Part shown: positions 9,763 to 21,300 of the stretch, piece by piece | Layout: each line of letters begins with the position of its first letter | Numbering within the stretch: position 1 is the stretch's first letter | Source of the DNA: an uncultured Chloroflexia bacterium | Lineage (GTDB): Bacteria; Chloroflexota; Limnocylindria; QHBO01 | Direction: 5' to 3' | Length of the DNA: 64,000 nucleotides | Assembly (NCBI GenBank): GCA_963825905.1 | Contig: CAWGUL010000005.1 | Coordinates: 25,751 to 89,750 of the forward strand | Notes under the pieces: generated by a model | The model's input: the letters and a program-made list of their open reading frames with translations, nothing else | Database searches by the model: none | Told to the model about the DNA's origin: nothing | Position numbers and translations under genes: made by a program

Positions 9763-10610
9763 GCCATCCACCGGACGCTGACCGCCTGCTGCGTGCCTTC
9801 CTCGACGAAGGGCCGGACGTACTTCCGGATTGGATCGTCGATGCGGTCGCCGAGGGCATCCATCGAGAGCCACGTCGAGCCCCTCGCGGCTCGTGGAGGA
9901 ACCTTCCCATGCGGAGCAACATGCGTACCTATCTCGCGGCCGCCACCGTCGCTGCGGCCGTGGTGGCGGGCACAGCCCTGTGGGTTTCACGAACGCCGGT
10001 GACGCAACCGAGTGCCACGGCGACGCCGTCGCCGACCGCCGAGGCACTGCCGAGCGATGCCGCGGTGAACGGCGGTGTCGCGTATCGGCCCACCGGGTTT
10101 TCGGAGCCTCTGACATTCACGGTCCCGTCGAACCTCGGCGCATCCATCACGTACGACCAGTGGGACGCGGCGACGTTCCGCCTGCGACCCTTCGCGGACG
10201 CGGCGCGGAAGCAGGGGAACGGGGCGATCACCGTCCATGCCGGGATCAGCCTCCCGGCTGACTTCTGCCACCCGGGCAGCCTCAGCCCTGCGACGGGCGC
10301 GGCCGACGTCAGTGCGCGGCTCGCTCGGAGCGCGGGCATGACCGTCAGCGCGCAGCATGCGCTCACCACCCGCGCGGGCGATGCGGTGAGCTACTGGGAC
10401 GTCCTCGTCGGGCCGGGTTGCGCGCAGTGGCACGGCACGGTCATCAGCTTCAACCCCGGGGAGCATCACCGGATCTACGCGATCCCCGCGCCACACGGCA
10501 CGGTCATCGTGATCACCTGGGGCCTGGGCTACGGGGGCGATGGTGACGCCGTGCTGCAGACCCTGAACCCCGCCGCAGACAACCTGGTCAGCTCGTTGCG
10601 CTTCGACTGA
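9759..10610 (+). CDS. putative anti-sigma factor / single-pass membrane protein with extracytoplasmic domain
   Basis: ATGA overlap with the sigma-factor stop. Short cytoplasmic N-terminus, one TM (YLAAATVAAAVVAGTALWV), ~200-aa C-terminal domain. No HxxxCxxC motif. Confidence 0.55.
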   Translation: MSHPPDADRLLRAFLDEGPDVLPDWIVDAVAEGIHREPRRAPRGSWRNLPMRSNMRTYLAAATVAAAVVAGTALWVSRTPVTQPSATATPSPTAEALPSDAAVNGGVAYRPTGFSEPLTFTVPSNLGASITYDQWDAATFRLRPFADAARKQGNGAITVHAGISLPADFCHPGSLSPATGAADVSARLARSAGMTVSAQHALTTRAGDAVSYWDVLVGPGCAQWHGTVISFNPGEHHRIYAIPAPHGTVIVITWGLGYGGDGDAVLQTLNPAADNLVSSLRFD

Positions 10611-10716
10611 CCGAACGCAGCTGCCGGGGTCGGCTGGGGGCCGGCTCCGGCAGCGTCTTCGCGCACTGGCTGCCTGCGGACAGTGACGCGGTGGCCCGAT
10701 CACCGAGGCACGGTGC

Positions 10717-10722
10717 TAGCAT
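10717..10722 (+). promoter_or_regulatory. extended -10 box (TGcTAGCAT) of a probable leaderless promoter
   Basis: 8 nt upstream of ATG 10731. No Shine-Dalgarno. Confidence 0.4.
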
Positions 10723-10730
10723 CGCGCGGC

Positions 10731-11960
10731 ATGCCAGCCACCGATCCCGCTCGCACCCCGGTCATCGTCGACGGCCTGCGCACGCCCTTCGGCCGCTACG
10801 GCGGGGCGCTCGCCGGGGTTCGGCCCGACGACATGGCCGCGCACGTGATCGGCTGCCTGATCGAACGCACCGGGATCGACCCGGCGGGCATTGACGACGT
10901 GATCCTCGGTGCCGCGAACCAGGCGGGCGAGGACAACCGCAACGTGGGCCGCATGGCCGCCCTCCTCGCCGGGCTCCCGGTGAGCGTTCCCGGCCAGACG
11001 GTGAACCGGCTGTGCGGGAGCGGCCTCCAGGCCGTGCTGAGCGCCGCGCACGCCATCGCGTACGGCGACGGCTCGACGTTCGTGGCCGGTGGCGTGGAGT
11101 CGATGACGCGTGCCCCGTTCGTCATGGCCAAGCCGTCGTCCGCATTCCCACGCGGCGAGCAGACGCTCTACGACACGACCCTCGGCTGGCGCTTCACGAA
11201 CCCGCGCCTGGCCGAGGTCCACTATCCGTACAGCATGGGTGAGACGGCCGAGAACGTGGTCGAGCAGCGCGGCGTGAGCCGTGACGAACAGGACGCGTTC
11301 GCGCTCGAGTCACAGCGGCGCTGGAAGGCCGCCAAGGACGCCGGCCGCTTCGCCGACGAGATCGTGCCGATCGAGGCGCCGGGACCGAAGCGCGGCGAGA
11401 CGGTCACGGTGCGCGTCGACGAGCACCCCCGGCCCGAGACGACCGTCGAGGAGCTCGCGCGGCTCAAGCCGGCCTTCACGCGTGAGCCGACCGGCAGCGT
11501 GACGGCGGGCAACAGCAGCGGCATCAACGACGGCGCCGCGGCGCTGCTCGTGATGAGCGAGACCCGCGCGCGCGAGCTCGGCCTCCGGCCGATGGCGCGC
11601 CTGGTGGCGAGCGCCGTCGCCGGCGTCGATCCGGCCACGATGGGCCTCGGCCCGATCCCGGCCTCGCGGCTGGCGCTCGATCGGTCCGGCGTGACGGTCG
11701 ACGACATCGACCTGGTCGAGCTGAACGAGGCGTTCGCGGCACAGGCGATCCCCGTCATGCGCGACCTGGGCCTCGACCCGGCGAAGGTGAACGTCAACGG
11801 TGGCGCGATCGCGATCGGGCACCCGCTCGGCGCCTCGGGGGCGCGGCTCACCGCCACGCTGCTCCACGAGATGCGGCGACGCGGCGCACGGCACGGGCTG
11901 GCGACCATGTGCATCGGCGTCGGGCAGGGGATCGCCGCCGTGTTCGAGGCGGTCGAATGA
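10731..11960 (+). CDS. acetyl-CoA C-acyltransferase / 3-oxoadipyl-CoA thiolase (PaaJ/PcaF-like)
   Basis: [21 protein letters not shown], catalytic Cys in [12 protein letters not shown]-terminal [14 protein letters not shown]. Confidence 0.9.
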   Translation: MPATDPARTPVIVDGLRTPFGRYGGALAGVRPDDMAAHVIGCLIERTGIDPAGIDDVILGAANQAGEDNRNVGRMAALLAGLPVSVPGQTVNRLCGSGLQAVLSAAHAIAYGDGSTFVAGGVESMTRAPFVMAKPSSAFPRGEQTLYDTTLGWRFTNPRLAEVHYPYSMGETAENVVEQRGVSRDEQDAFALESQRRWKAAKDAGRFADEIVPIEAPGPKRGETVTVRVDEHPRPETTVEELARLKPAFTREPTGSVTAGNSSGINDGAAALLVMSETRARELGLRPMARLVASAVAGVDPATMGLGPIPASRLALDRSGVTVDDIDLVELNEAFAAQAIPVMRDLGLDPAKVNVNGGAIAIGHPLGASGARLTATLLHEMRRRGARHGLATMCIGVGQGIAAVFEAVE

Positions 11961-12589
11961 CCGATCCCGCCCAGACACCGGGGATCAGCGTCGTCGCCGA
12001 CGGTGAGGCATCGGTCAGTCCCGACCTCGCGCTCGTGTCGCTGACGGTCAGTGCCAGCGGCAAGGAGCTCGCCCCGACGCGCGACGAGGTGAACACGCGC
12101 ACCTCGGCCGTGCTCGCCTTCGTCCGCGATGCCGGCGTCGCGAAGGCCGACCTCAACGCCCCGGACGTCCAGATCCAGCCCGAGTACGACTACCGCCGCG
12201 GTCAGAAGCTCACCGGCTACCGCGTCGCGCGCCAGGTGACGATTCGCGTGCGCGAGCTCGACCAGCTTGGGCCGATCCTGGATGGCGTCGTCAGCGCCGG
12301 TGCGAACGAGGTGCAGGGCGCGCAGATGAGCGCCGCCGATCCCTCGCTGGCCGAGCACGAGGCGCTGCGCAACGCGGTCGCCGCGGCGCGTGCCAAGGCC
12401 GAGGTGATCGCCACCGCCGCGGGCGTGAAGGTCGGCAACGTGCTGCGCATCGAGGAGGAGCCCGACTTCGGCGGCCCGCCGATGCCGAAGATGCGGATGG
12501 CGATGGCGGCCGACGCCGTCCAGACCGAGGTCGCGACCGGCGACCTCACCGTCACCCGCCGCGTCCGCGCCACGTTCCGCCTCGCCTAG
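11957..12589 (+). CDS. SIMPL (DUF541) domain-containing protein
   Basis: ATGA overlap with the thiolase stop. [23 protein letters not shown]...[24 protein letters not shown]. Confidence 0.75.
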   Translation: MTDPAQTPGISVVADGEASVSPDLALVSLTVSASGKELAPTRDEVNTRTSAVLAFVRDAGVAKADLNAPDVQIQPEYDYRRGQKLTGYRVARQVTIRVRELDQLGPILDGVVSAGANEVQGAQMSAADPSLAEHEALRNAVAAARAKAEVIATAAGVKVGNVLRIEEEPDFGGPPMPKMRMAMAADAVQTEVATGDLTVTRRVRATFRLA

Positions 12590-12601
12590 CCGGCCGCCGC
12601 G

Positions 12602-13792
12602 ATGAGCGACGTGCGGCGGATCTTCTCCGTCCAGGCCATCCGCGCCTTTCTCTACGGCTTCGGCAGCATCCTCATCGGGGCGTCGCTGGCCGCGACCGGC
12701 CTGACCGATGGCGAGGTCGGCATCGTCTTCACCGCCATGCTGCTCGGCATGGCGATCACCTCCCTGGCGGTGGGGCGCTGGGGGGAGCGTATCGGTCGCC
12801 GCCGCGTCTACCTCGCGCTGCTGCTCCTCATGGGTGTCGCCGGCACGGTGTTCGCGCTGACCGGCTACGTCCCGTTCCTCGCCCTCGTGGCCCTCACCGG
12901 CACGATGTCGACCGACCCGAACGAATCCGGACCGATCACCAGCGTCGAGCAGGCGATGCTCGCGGCCACGCCCTCCGCCGAGCGCGCGCGCGTCTACGGC
13001 CGCTACAACGCGGTCGCGTACCTTGCCGGCGCGGCGGGCGCGCTCGCGGCCGGCGGGCCGAACGCGCTGCGATCGGTGCTGCCCGGCCTTCCGCCGGACC
13101 AGCGCTGGCTCCTGCTCATGCCCGTCGGCGCAGTGGCGTGCGCGCTCGTCGCCCGCGGCCTGAGCGCGTACGTCGAGGTCGACGGCGCGCGTGCCGGGGC
13201 GAGGCTCGGCCTCGACCGCTCGCGGTCCGCGGTCCACCGCCTCGCCGGGCTGTTCGCGATCGACGCATTCGCGGGCGGCTTCATCGTCCAGTCGTTCATC
13301 GTCTTCTGGTTCGGCCGCCGCTTCGGTGCGACGGCAGACGTGATGGGCCTCGTCTTCTTTGGGGTCGGCCTGCTCCAGGCGGGCTCGTCGATCGCGGCCG
13401 GCTGGCTCGCGGAGCGCATCGGTCTGCTGAACACGATGGTCTTCACGCACCTGCCCTCGAACGTGCTGCTCGCCCTCGTCCCGCTGGCGCCGACGCTGTG
13501 GCTGGCGGTGCTGCTGCTCCTGGCCCGGTCGGTCCTGTCGCAGATGGACGTGCCGGCACGGCAAGCCTACGTGGCCGCCCTCGTGGACCCGGCGGAGCGC
13601 ACGGCCGCAGCGGCCTACACGAACGCCGCGCGTCACCTCGTCCGGCCGGCGGGGCCGGCGCTCGCCTCAGCCGCCATGAGCGTGGGGATCGGGCTGCCCT
13701 TCGTCGTGGCTGGGGCGCTGAAGATCGTCTACGACATCCTCGTCTACCGCGCATTCCGGCGGGTCCGCCTCGCGCCGCCCGACGGCGGCTGA
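12602..13792 (+). CDS. MFS transporter
   Basis: 396-aa polytopic protein with about 12 hydrophobic segments and an MFS-like loop motif [12 protein letters not shown]. Confidence 0.8.
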   Translation: MSDVRRIFSVQAIRAFLYGFGSILIGASLAATGLTDGEVGIVFTAMLLGMAITSLAVGRWGERIGRRRVYLALLLLMGVAGTVFALTGYVPFLALVALTGTMSTDPNESGPITSVEQAMLAATPSAERARVYGRYNAVAYLAGAAGALAAGGPNALRSVLPGLPPDQRWLLLMPVGAVACALVARGLSAYVEVDGARAGARLGLDRSRSAVHRLAGLFAIDAFAGGFIVQSFIVFWFGRRFGATADVMGLVFFGVGLLQAGSSIAAGWLAERIGLLNTMVFTHLPSNVLLALVPLAPTLWLAVLLLLARSVLSQMDVPARQAYVAALVDPAERTAAAAYTNAARHLVRPAGPALASAAMSVGIGLPFVVAGALKIVYDILVYRAFRRVRLAPPDGG

Positions 13793-13810
13793 GGGAAGCC
13801 AGCCCCGGTC

Positions 13811-14527
13811 TCAGCGTGCCGGGGCGTGGTCGCCGAGGATCTGGCCGTCCGAGAGCTCGATCACGCGATCGGCGACGTCCATGAGCACCGGATCGTGGGT
13901 CGCGACGATCGCGGTGGCACCCTCGTGGCGCACGAGCGACTGGATGAGCCGCATGATCGAGCGACCCGTCTGCGAGTCGAGGTGACCGGTCGGCTCGTCC
14001 GCGACGAGGAGCTCGGGGCGGTTGGCGAGCGCCCGCGCCAGCGCGACGCGCTGCTGCTCCCCGCCGGACAGCTCGTGCGGGCGGTGGTGGATCCGCTCGC
14101 CGAGGCCGACGAGGTCGAGCAGCGTTCGCACCCGCTCGGCCCGCTCGGTCGGATCGGTGCGCAGCAGGCGCATCGGCACCTCGACGTTCTCCGCCGCCGA
14201 CAGGATCGGGAGCAGCCCGAAGGCCTGGAAGACGAAGCCGATCCGCCGCCGTCGCAGCTGGACGAGCGCCCCCTCCCCAAGGTGCGCCAGCTCGACCCCG
14301 TCGAAGCGGACGCTGCCCGAGGTCGGCCGGTCGAGGCCGCCGAGCAGGTTGAGGAGCGTCGTCTTGCCGGAACCCGACCGCCCGATGACGGCGACGAGCT
14401 GGCCGCGCGGCACGACCAGGTCGATGCCGCGCAGCGCGTGGACCGTGCCGGCGCCCATCGGGAAGTCGCGCACGAGGCTCGTGACCTCGAGCAGCGGCTG
14501 GTCGACCGGCTCGCGGAGCGCGCTCAT
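13811..14527 (-). CDS. ABC transporter ATP-binding protein (MacB/LolD-type)
   Basis: Walker A GRSGSGKTT, signature [15 protein letters not shown], Walker B LLVADEPTGHLD. ATG 14527 in ATGA overlap with the upstream stop. Confidence 0.9.
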   Translation of the reverse strand: MSALREPVDQPLLEVTSLVRDFPMGAGTVHALRGIDLVVPRGQLVAVIGRSGSGKTTLLNLLGGLDRPTSGSVRFDGVELAHLGEGALVQLRRRRIGFVFQAFGLLPILSAAENVEVPMRLLRTDPTERAERVRTLLDLVGLGERIHHRPHELSGGEQQRVALARALANRPELLVADEPTGHLDSQTGRSIMRLIQSLVRHEGATAIVATHDPVLMDVADRVIELSDGQILGDHAPAR

Positions 14528-15538
14528 CGGTCCTCCTCCGCCTGCCGCGCATCGGGCCACACGCCGATGTGGTCCGCCTCGAGCGTCAGCCGAACGCGCT
14601 TGGCGAGCCCGAGCGCCTCGACGTGCTCGCGCGGCAGCTGGAGGCGCCCGGCACGATCGAGGACGGCGTACTCCTCGGCGATGATCTCGCCTGCCTCACC
14701 GGCGGCGCCCTCCGCGGCGCGGCGCAGCGTCTCGGTCGAGGTGCGCCCATCGCGGATCGCGACCGTGCGTCGCACGTGCTCGGCGACGAGCGGGTCGTGG
14801 GTCACGACCACGATCGTCACCTTCGAGCTCCTCGTTGATCGAGCGCAGCACGCTGAACACCTCGCGGCTCGTCGACGTGTCGAGCTCGCCGGTCGGCTCG
14901 TCGGCGAGGAGGACCGGCGGCGTGTTGGCGAGCGCCACCGCCACGCTGACGCGCTGCTGCTCGCCTCCGGAGAGGCGGTCCGGCCGGTGGTCGGCGCGAT
15001 CGCCGAGCCCGACGCGGTCGAGCAGGGCGGTCGCCCGCTGGCGCCGCGTGCCGCGCGCCACACCGTCGAGCAGCATCGGCATCTCGACGTTCTCGCGCGC
15101 CGTGAGGTAGGGGAGCAGGTTCGCGGCCGTCTGCTGGCGCACGAACCCGATGACGCGCCGCCGGTAGCGGGTGCGCTCGGTGACCTTCATCGCGCCGAGG
15201 TCGTGGTCGGCGACCACGGCGCGTCCGGCGGAGGGGGTGTCGAGACCGGCGAGGACGTTGAGGAGCGTGCTCTTGCCGCTCCCGGACGCGCCGACGATGG
15301 CGATGAACTCGCCGGGGTCGACGAGCAGATCCAGGCCCTGGAGCGCAACGACCTCCAGCTCGGCGACCTTGTAGATCTTCACGAGGTTGTCGCACACGAT
15401 CGCCGCGCCGGCACCAAATGACGGCCGGCGCGTCGGTGTCGGTCGTGCCGCCCAGGGTGACGGGCCACCGGTGCCGTTCGTCGGCGCGCCGCTGCCGGCG
15501 GGAAGGTCGACGATCTCCTCGATGCCGTCGCTCACCAC
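14524..15538 (-). pseudogene. ABC transporter ATP-binding protein with ~100-aa C-terminal extension; one extra base near 14821 as sequenced
   Basis: GASGSGKST, LSGGEQQRVSVAVAL, VLLADEPTGELD, then ...VLRSINEELE. The frame then shifts to VTIVVVTHDPLVAEHVRRTVAIRDGR...GVWPDARQAEEDR. Span length is 3n+1. Confidence 0.8.
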
Positions 15539-15570
15539 TCAACCTCCAGGGACCGATGCATCATCGCCGC

Positions 15571-18379
15571 TCACTCACCGATCCGCAGCGCCCGCGCGGG
15601 ATCGACCCGCCGCGCCGCCAGTGCGCCGATACCGACGCCGATGGCCGCGACCATGACGAGCCACGCCCCGGCGATGCCGAGAAGCAGCCAGTCGATCGTG
15701 AGGTCGGCCGAGATGTCCGCTCCGGCGAATGCCCCGAGATCGAGGCCGCGGCCGATGAGCGCGACGATCGCCAGCCCGAGGCCGGCGCCGGCCGCCACCG
15801 CCACCACGATCGGCGGCACCTGCTCGAGGATCGCCATCCGCAGCGTCTGTCCCGCGGAGAGCCCCATCGTGCGGAGATAGGCGATGTCGCGCGATCGCGC
15901 CGCCGCGGCCAGGAGCAGGCCGACGACGAGCGTGAGCGTCACGTACGCCGCCGCGACCGCCAGCGAGAGGAGGAAGCCGGCGGTCACCGTCGTCACGAGG
16001 GGCGCATCGCGCAGCCCGGCGAGCACCTCGCCGCGCGCGCCGACGGTCGCCGCCGCACCGGTCGCGCGGACGCGGCTCCGGATCTCGGCGGCGAGGCCGT
16101 CGCGGCCGCGGACGAGGAGGCTGACCGCGCGCAGGTCGGGGAGCCCGGCCGCCCGGGCGAGGAGGTCGCGCGCGACGACGACGAAGCGGTCGCCAGCCGG
16201 GACGCCGGGGAACGTCGCGCGCTCGGCCACGCCGGAGAAGCCGAGCCGCGAGCCGAGGACGGAGAGCTCGAACTCCTCGCCCGGTGCGATCTGGTGCCGA
16301 AAGTCGCCGAGGCTCGACATGATGAGGGCGGGGATCGGCGCGGTCGACGTCCCGAGCTCGCCGGCCGGGGCCGTCTCGATCGCGGTCGGCAGCCGTGGGT
16401 CGGCGGGCGTGCCGCCCGCGACGGCGGCCATCTCGGTCGGATCCACTCGCGATCAGGATGAGGTGCGCGCCACCATTGGAGCTGATGAGGGCGACGTCCG
16501 GATCGGTCCAGACGCCGGCGACGGCGGTCACGCCGTCGACCGCCGCCAGGTCGAGGGTCGCCGGCAGGCCTTCCGTCAGGCTCGTGACGCGGTAGTCGGC
16601 ACCGATCTCGCGCCATGCCGCGAGCGACTGGCCCTGGGCGATGCTCGCCGCCACGGTCGCCCCGAAGGCGCCGAGCGCGGCGGCGACGAGGAGCGCCACC
16701 AGCGGCACGTGGACCGCCCCGGGCGCGCGTCCGGCGCGACGGAGCGCGAGCGGCGCGACCAGGCCGCGCAGGCGTCCCGCGAGGCGCGCCACGCCCCGCA
16801 CGGGATATGGGTAGACGCGGAGCACGACGAGTCCCGCGGCGAGCCCGGCGAGGAGCGGGACCGCGGCGAGATAGAGGTTGAGCTCGCCGGACGCGGCGGC
16901 CGGCGCGGAGCCGGGGGCCGAGCCGGTCACACCCCGGGAACGAACGAAGAGCACGCCGATCACGGCCAGCGCCACGACGAGGCCGTCGATCACCAGCCGC
17001 CGCGCGGTCGGATGTGCGGGCGCGAGCCTCGTCCGGAGGAGGGCGCGCAGGTCGCGGGCCGCGAGCGGAGCGACCATGGCGACGCAGGCCGCGGAGGCAA
17101 AGCCTGCCACGGCGAGCGCCATCCGGAACGGCAGGTCCCCGGCCGCCGCGGGGAAGAGACGGGTCGCGAGCAGCCAGCCGGCGAGCGCCAGGGGGACGCT
17201 GATGAGGAGCGCCTCGGCGAGCGCCGGCAGGACGAGCTGGAGCGCGCCCGCGCCCCGTTCGCGCTGCATGACGAGCGCCGCCCGCCGGCGCTCGGCCAGC
17301 ATGACGGCGAGGAGCAGGATGGCGGCCGCCGCGATGCCGGCCACGCCGATCCCGACGAGAGCCAGCAGCAGGAAGGCCTGGCGCTGGCCGGCGAGGTAGG
17401 CGTTGAGGAGGGTGGCGAGCCCGGTGCGTGCCTCGACGGGGATGAACAGGTCCGATTGGAAGTCGCTGAACGCCTGTCGCAGCCCGTTCAGGGCCGTGAC
17501 GAGGCGGGACGGCGACGCCGCCGCGACGCGGTCGGCCGAGATCGGGTATGTGTATGTCAGGGTGAGGAGACGCGGCCACGAGCCGAAGAGGGTCGTGAGC
17601 CCCTCGGCACTGATGACGCCCGAGCCGTCCACGGCCACGTCGCCGACGTTCGGCGCCACGAGGCGGTGATCACCGGCCCAGAACGGGTCGTCCGGCTCGG
17701 GGACGGCGTAGAGGCCGACCACCTCGCCGATCACCGTCGGCTCGGGACCATCGCCGCCGATGAAGCCGGCCCGCGAGCGCTCGGACATGTCGAGGTGGTC
17801 GCCGAGCTGGATCCCCATCGCGGTCGCGGTGTCGCGCGACATCGCGAGCTCGACGTTCACCGTCCCGGCGATGGGGTGCTCCGGGTCCTGGATCGGCGGT
17901 GGCGGGTCGAAGGATCCCGCCCCCGGCAGCCGCCCGTCGACGAGCTGCAGGTGATCGGCCACGCCGGGACCGGCATGGAGCACGAGGGTGCGGCGCACCG
18001 GGTTCGGCGGCTGGCCCTCGATGACGAGCTGCCAGGGCTCGCTGTCGTACGCGACGCGCGCAGCATCGACGACGCCAGCCACCTCCGCGGGCAGTGCGGT
18101 GCCGAAGTCCCGGCGGAGGCCATCGGTCACCTGCGAGAGCTGCTCGGTTCCCCCGTCGAACTGGAAGACCTGGGCGGTCGAGAGCACGAGGTTGCGCTGC
18201 GCGTCGGTCGCACGCGCGAGCTCGTCGCGCAGCGCGGACGCGGAGGCGCGCACCGCGAGCAGCGGTCCTGCGGCCGCCAGGAAGGCAGTCGCCAGCACGG
18301 TCACGCCCAGGACGGTGAGCGGCAGCCGATCCACCCGCAGGCGGCGCAGCCAGAGGGACAGCGAGGCGAGGGCAGGCAT
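15571..18379 (-). pseudogene. FtsX-family ABC permease with two FtsX modules (~935 aa); one extra base near 16447 as sequenced
   Basis: Frame 1 reads ...SSNGGAHLILIA, then the next frame continues VDPTEMAAVAGG... through the C-terminal FtsX module ending ARALRIGE. Span length is 3n+1. Confidence 0.8.
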
Positions 18380-18383
18380 CGCG

Positions 18384-21300
18384 TCAGTCCTCCCCGATCC
18401 GCAGCGCCGACCCGAGACCCACCCGCCGCAGCACCAGCGCCAGGATCGCGACCGTGACCGCCAGCGCGCCGAGCGCGACGCTCTCGAGCAGCAGGACCTG
18501 GCCCCACGGGATGGTGATCACCAGGCCCGGCAGCGGCGCGCTGCCCGCCTGCGTGAGCGTCACGAATGGCAGCACCACCCACGCGATGAGAAGGCCCAGG
18601 CCGGTCCCGATGACAAGGCTCACCGCGACGAGGATCACGTTCTCGAGCGACAGCCATCCGGCCAGCTGGCGCGGTGACAGGCCGAGCGCGCGGAGGACGG
18701 CGAACTCCGTCAGCCGCTCCCGTGCGGCGACCGAGGTCGAGACGGCGAAGCCGATGCCGGCGAACGCGGCCGCCGCGGCGACTCCGAGCGCCAGCGCGCC
18801 GAGGATCCCGAGCGCGACCGGATCGGTCTGGAGCGCCGCCGTGCGCTCGGGAGTCGAGATCGCCTCGATGCTTTCGTAGGGAGCAGCGCGGAGCGTCCTC
18901 GCGAGCCCCACCGGGTCCGGCGCGCGCAGCCACCACTCGTTCGGGGCGAGCACCGTCCCGGTGGCGAGATATCCGGTCAGCGCGGCGGTCGGCAGGTCGC
19001 CGACGAGGATCGGCTCGCTCGGGTCGGCGGTCGGGAAGGCCACGAGATCCTCCTCCAGCCGGGCCGTGGCGTGCCCGTACCCGAGGTCGGCCGGAACGTC
19101 GTCGCCCAGGTGCGCGGTCGTCAGGCCGAGCGCGACGCCGTCGGCGAGCAGTCCCGGCGTCACTGCCCCGTCGGCGAGCGTGGCCGGCTGCAGCGCCCAG
19201 GTGACCGGCGCGAGGCGGCGCGCGTCCTGGGCGGCGTCGATCTGGACGGCCATGCGGGCCGCGGCACCGCGCGGGGCGTCCGCCAGCCCGGCACTCGCGT
19301 TCAGCTGGCCGCTCGCCTCGAAGGCCGCGGCCCGCCATCCGCCCTGGGGTGCCACGCTGACCGCGGCCCACGAACCGTCCACCTCCGCCTCGAGCGTCCC
19401 GATGTCGACGCTTCCGACGACGCGTCGCTGATTGCCCGCCGTGCTGCGGACCTCGAGCGCAACGAGCGAAAGCGGACCGGTCGGCACGGCATCCGCCGTC
19501 GCGCCGCTGCCGGCGATCGGCGCGGCCAGGCGGTGCGGCGATCCGTCGGGGGCGAGCATTCCCAGCTCGACCCGGTGGAGGAGCCCGTCCCCGTCCCGCA
19601 CCACGATCTGCGCCACGAACGGCGACAGTCTTCCGGCCAGATCAGGCGGCGTGCCGGGCGGCGCGAGGACCGGCTGCACGCGGAGCGTTATCGTGACCGC
19701 GATGCCCCGCGCCGCATCCGGCAGCGCCGGCAGGTCGATCGTCGGCCGCGCGCCGGCGAGGCGCGCCATCATCGATCCGAACGGGTCGTTCGCCAGGTCG
19801 GCCCGGAACGCGACCACGTCGGCCGCCCGCGCCGTGTCGATGAGGAGCAGCTGGCCGCGACTTCTGCCGCCGAAGTCGGACCCGTCGCGCCGGACCGCCA
19901 TGACGTCGCTCGCCCCGAGCGCGCGATAGGCGGCGCCGAGGTCGATCGGGCCCGGCCCGCCGCCGAGGTCGTTCGGCCGCACCCGCACATCGGTCCCCAC
20001 CTGGTAGGCCGCCTGGTCCGCCTGCGACGTCGCCCAGGTGCGCCCGTACGAGGCGGCGAAGACGCCGAGCGCCATCGTGACGATGAGGAGCAGCGCGGCC
20101 GGCGCGTAGCGGAGCGGGCGCCGTGAGATCTGCCACGCCCCGAGCGAGCTGACGAGCCCGCGCCCGTGCGTCATGCCGATGTCCGCCAGCCGCGCCACGA
20201 GCGGAAGGATGCGCAGCGCCACCACCGCCCCCGCGAGCAGGCCGATGGCGGGTGCGGCGACGAGCAGCGGGTCCACCCCGATGCGGCCCCGGACCGCCCC
20301 GCTGAGCGGCGCGCCGAACTGGCGGAGCTGCCACAGGCCGACGGCGGCGACGACGAGAAGCGCCAGGTCGAGCCCGACGCGCTCCACCACCCCGCTCCTG
20401 GCCTGCCGGCCGCGCCGGGCGCGGAGGGCCACGAAGGAGCGGCCCTGGAGGAGCGAGGGGAGGGCGAGGGCGAGTGCGCACGCGCCGGCGGTTACCGCGG
20501 CCACGAGCTGGGCGAGCGGCGTGACCCGCGGAGCGATCGTGAGGCCGATCTCGTGGAGCGGCCCGGCCGCGTTGAAGATGCCGAGCGCCGCCACCGCGAT
20601 GAGCGGCGCCGCGATCGCGATCGGGACGGCGAGGACGAGCGCCTCCAGCAGCGCCGCCGCGCCGAGCTGCCCCGCCCCGGCGCCGCGGGCGCGGAGGAGG
20701 GCGGTCTCCCCGCGCCGCTGCTCGATGAGGAGGCCGGCGGTGAGGACGAGGGCATACCCGGCCAGCACGGCCAGCTGGACGGCGAGCACGGTCACGCTCA
20801 TCTGCGCCACCACCAGCGAGCGGCTGGCGGCGTCGAGCGCGGCGCCGAGCGAGGTGACGACAGTGACCTGCGAGGTGGCGATCGTCGACCGCAGACGGCC
20901 CTCGAGCCCGTCGAGCTCGCTGGAGATGGCCTCGAGGCGGCCGGCCACCACGCGCGCCGGATCCGGGAAGATGCGCCACGCGACGCCGCTGCCGCCCGCG
21001 TCAACGACGCTCGGATAGGCGGCCTCATCGACGACGAGCGGGCCCCACGTCGTGTACGAGGCGCTCACCGAGCTGCCGCTGATGTCGCCGGCCACGTCCC
21101 ACCAGTAGCGGTCGGCCACGTCCTTCGGTCGCCACGTGCCGACGATCCGCGCGCGGACGAGGCGCGACGCGTCGAGGCGGCTCGTCAGCTCCAGCTCGTC
21201 GCCGACCGCGTAGCCGAGCGCCTCCGCGGCGGCGGCATGGATCGCGACCGGCACCACGCCCGTCGAGGCGGCTCCCGGCCAGTCACCGGCGACGAGGGTC

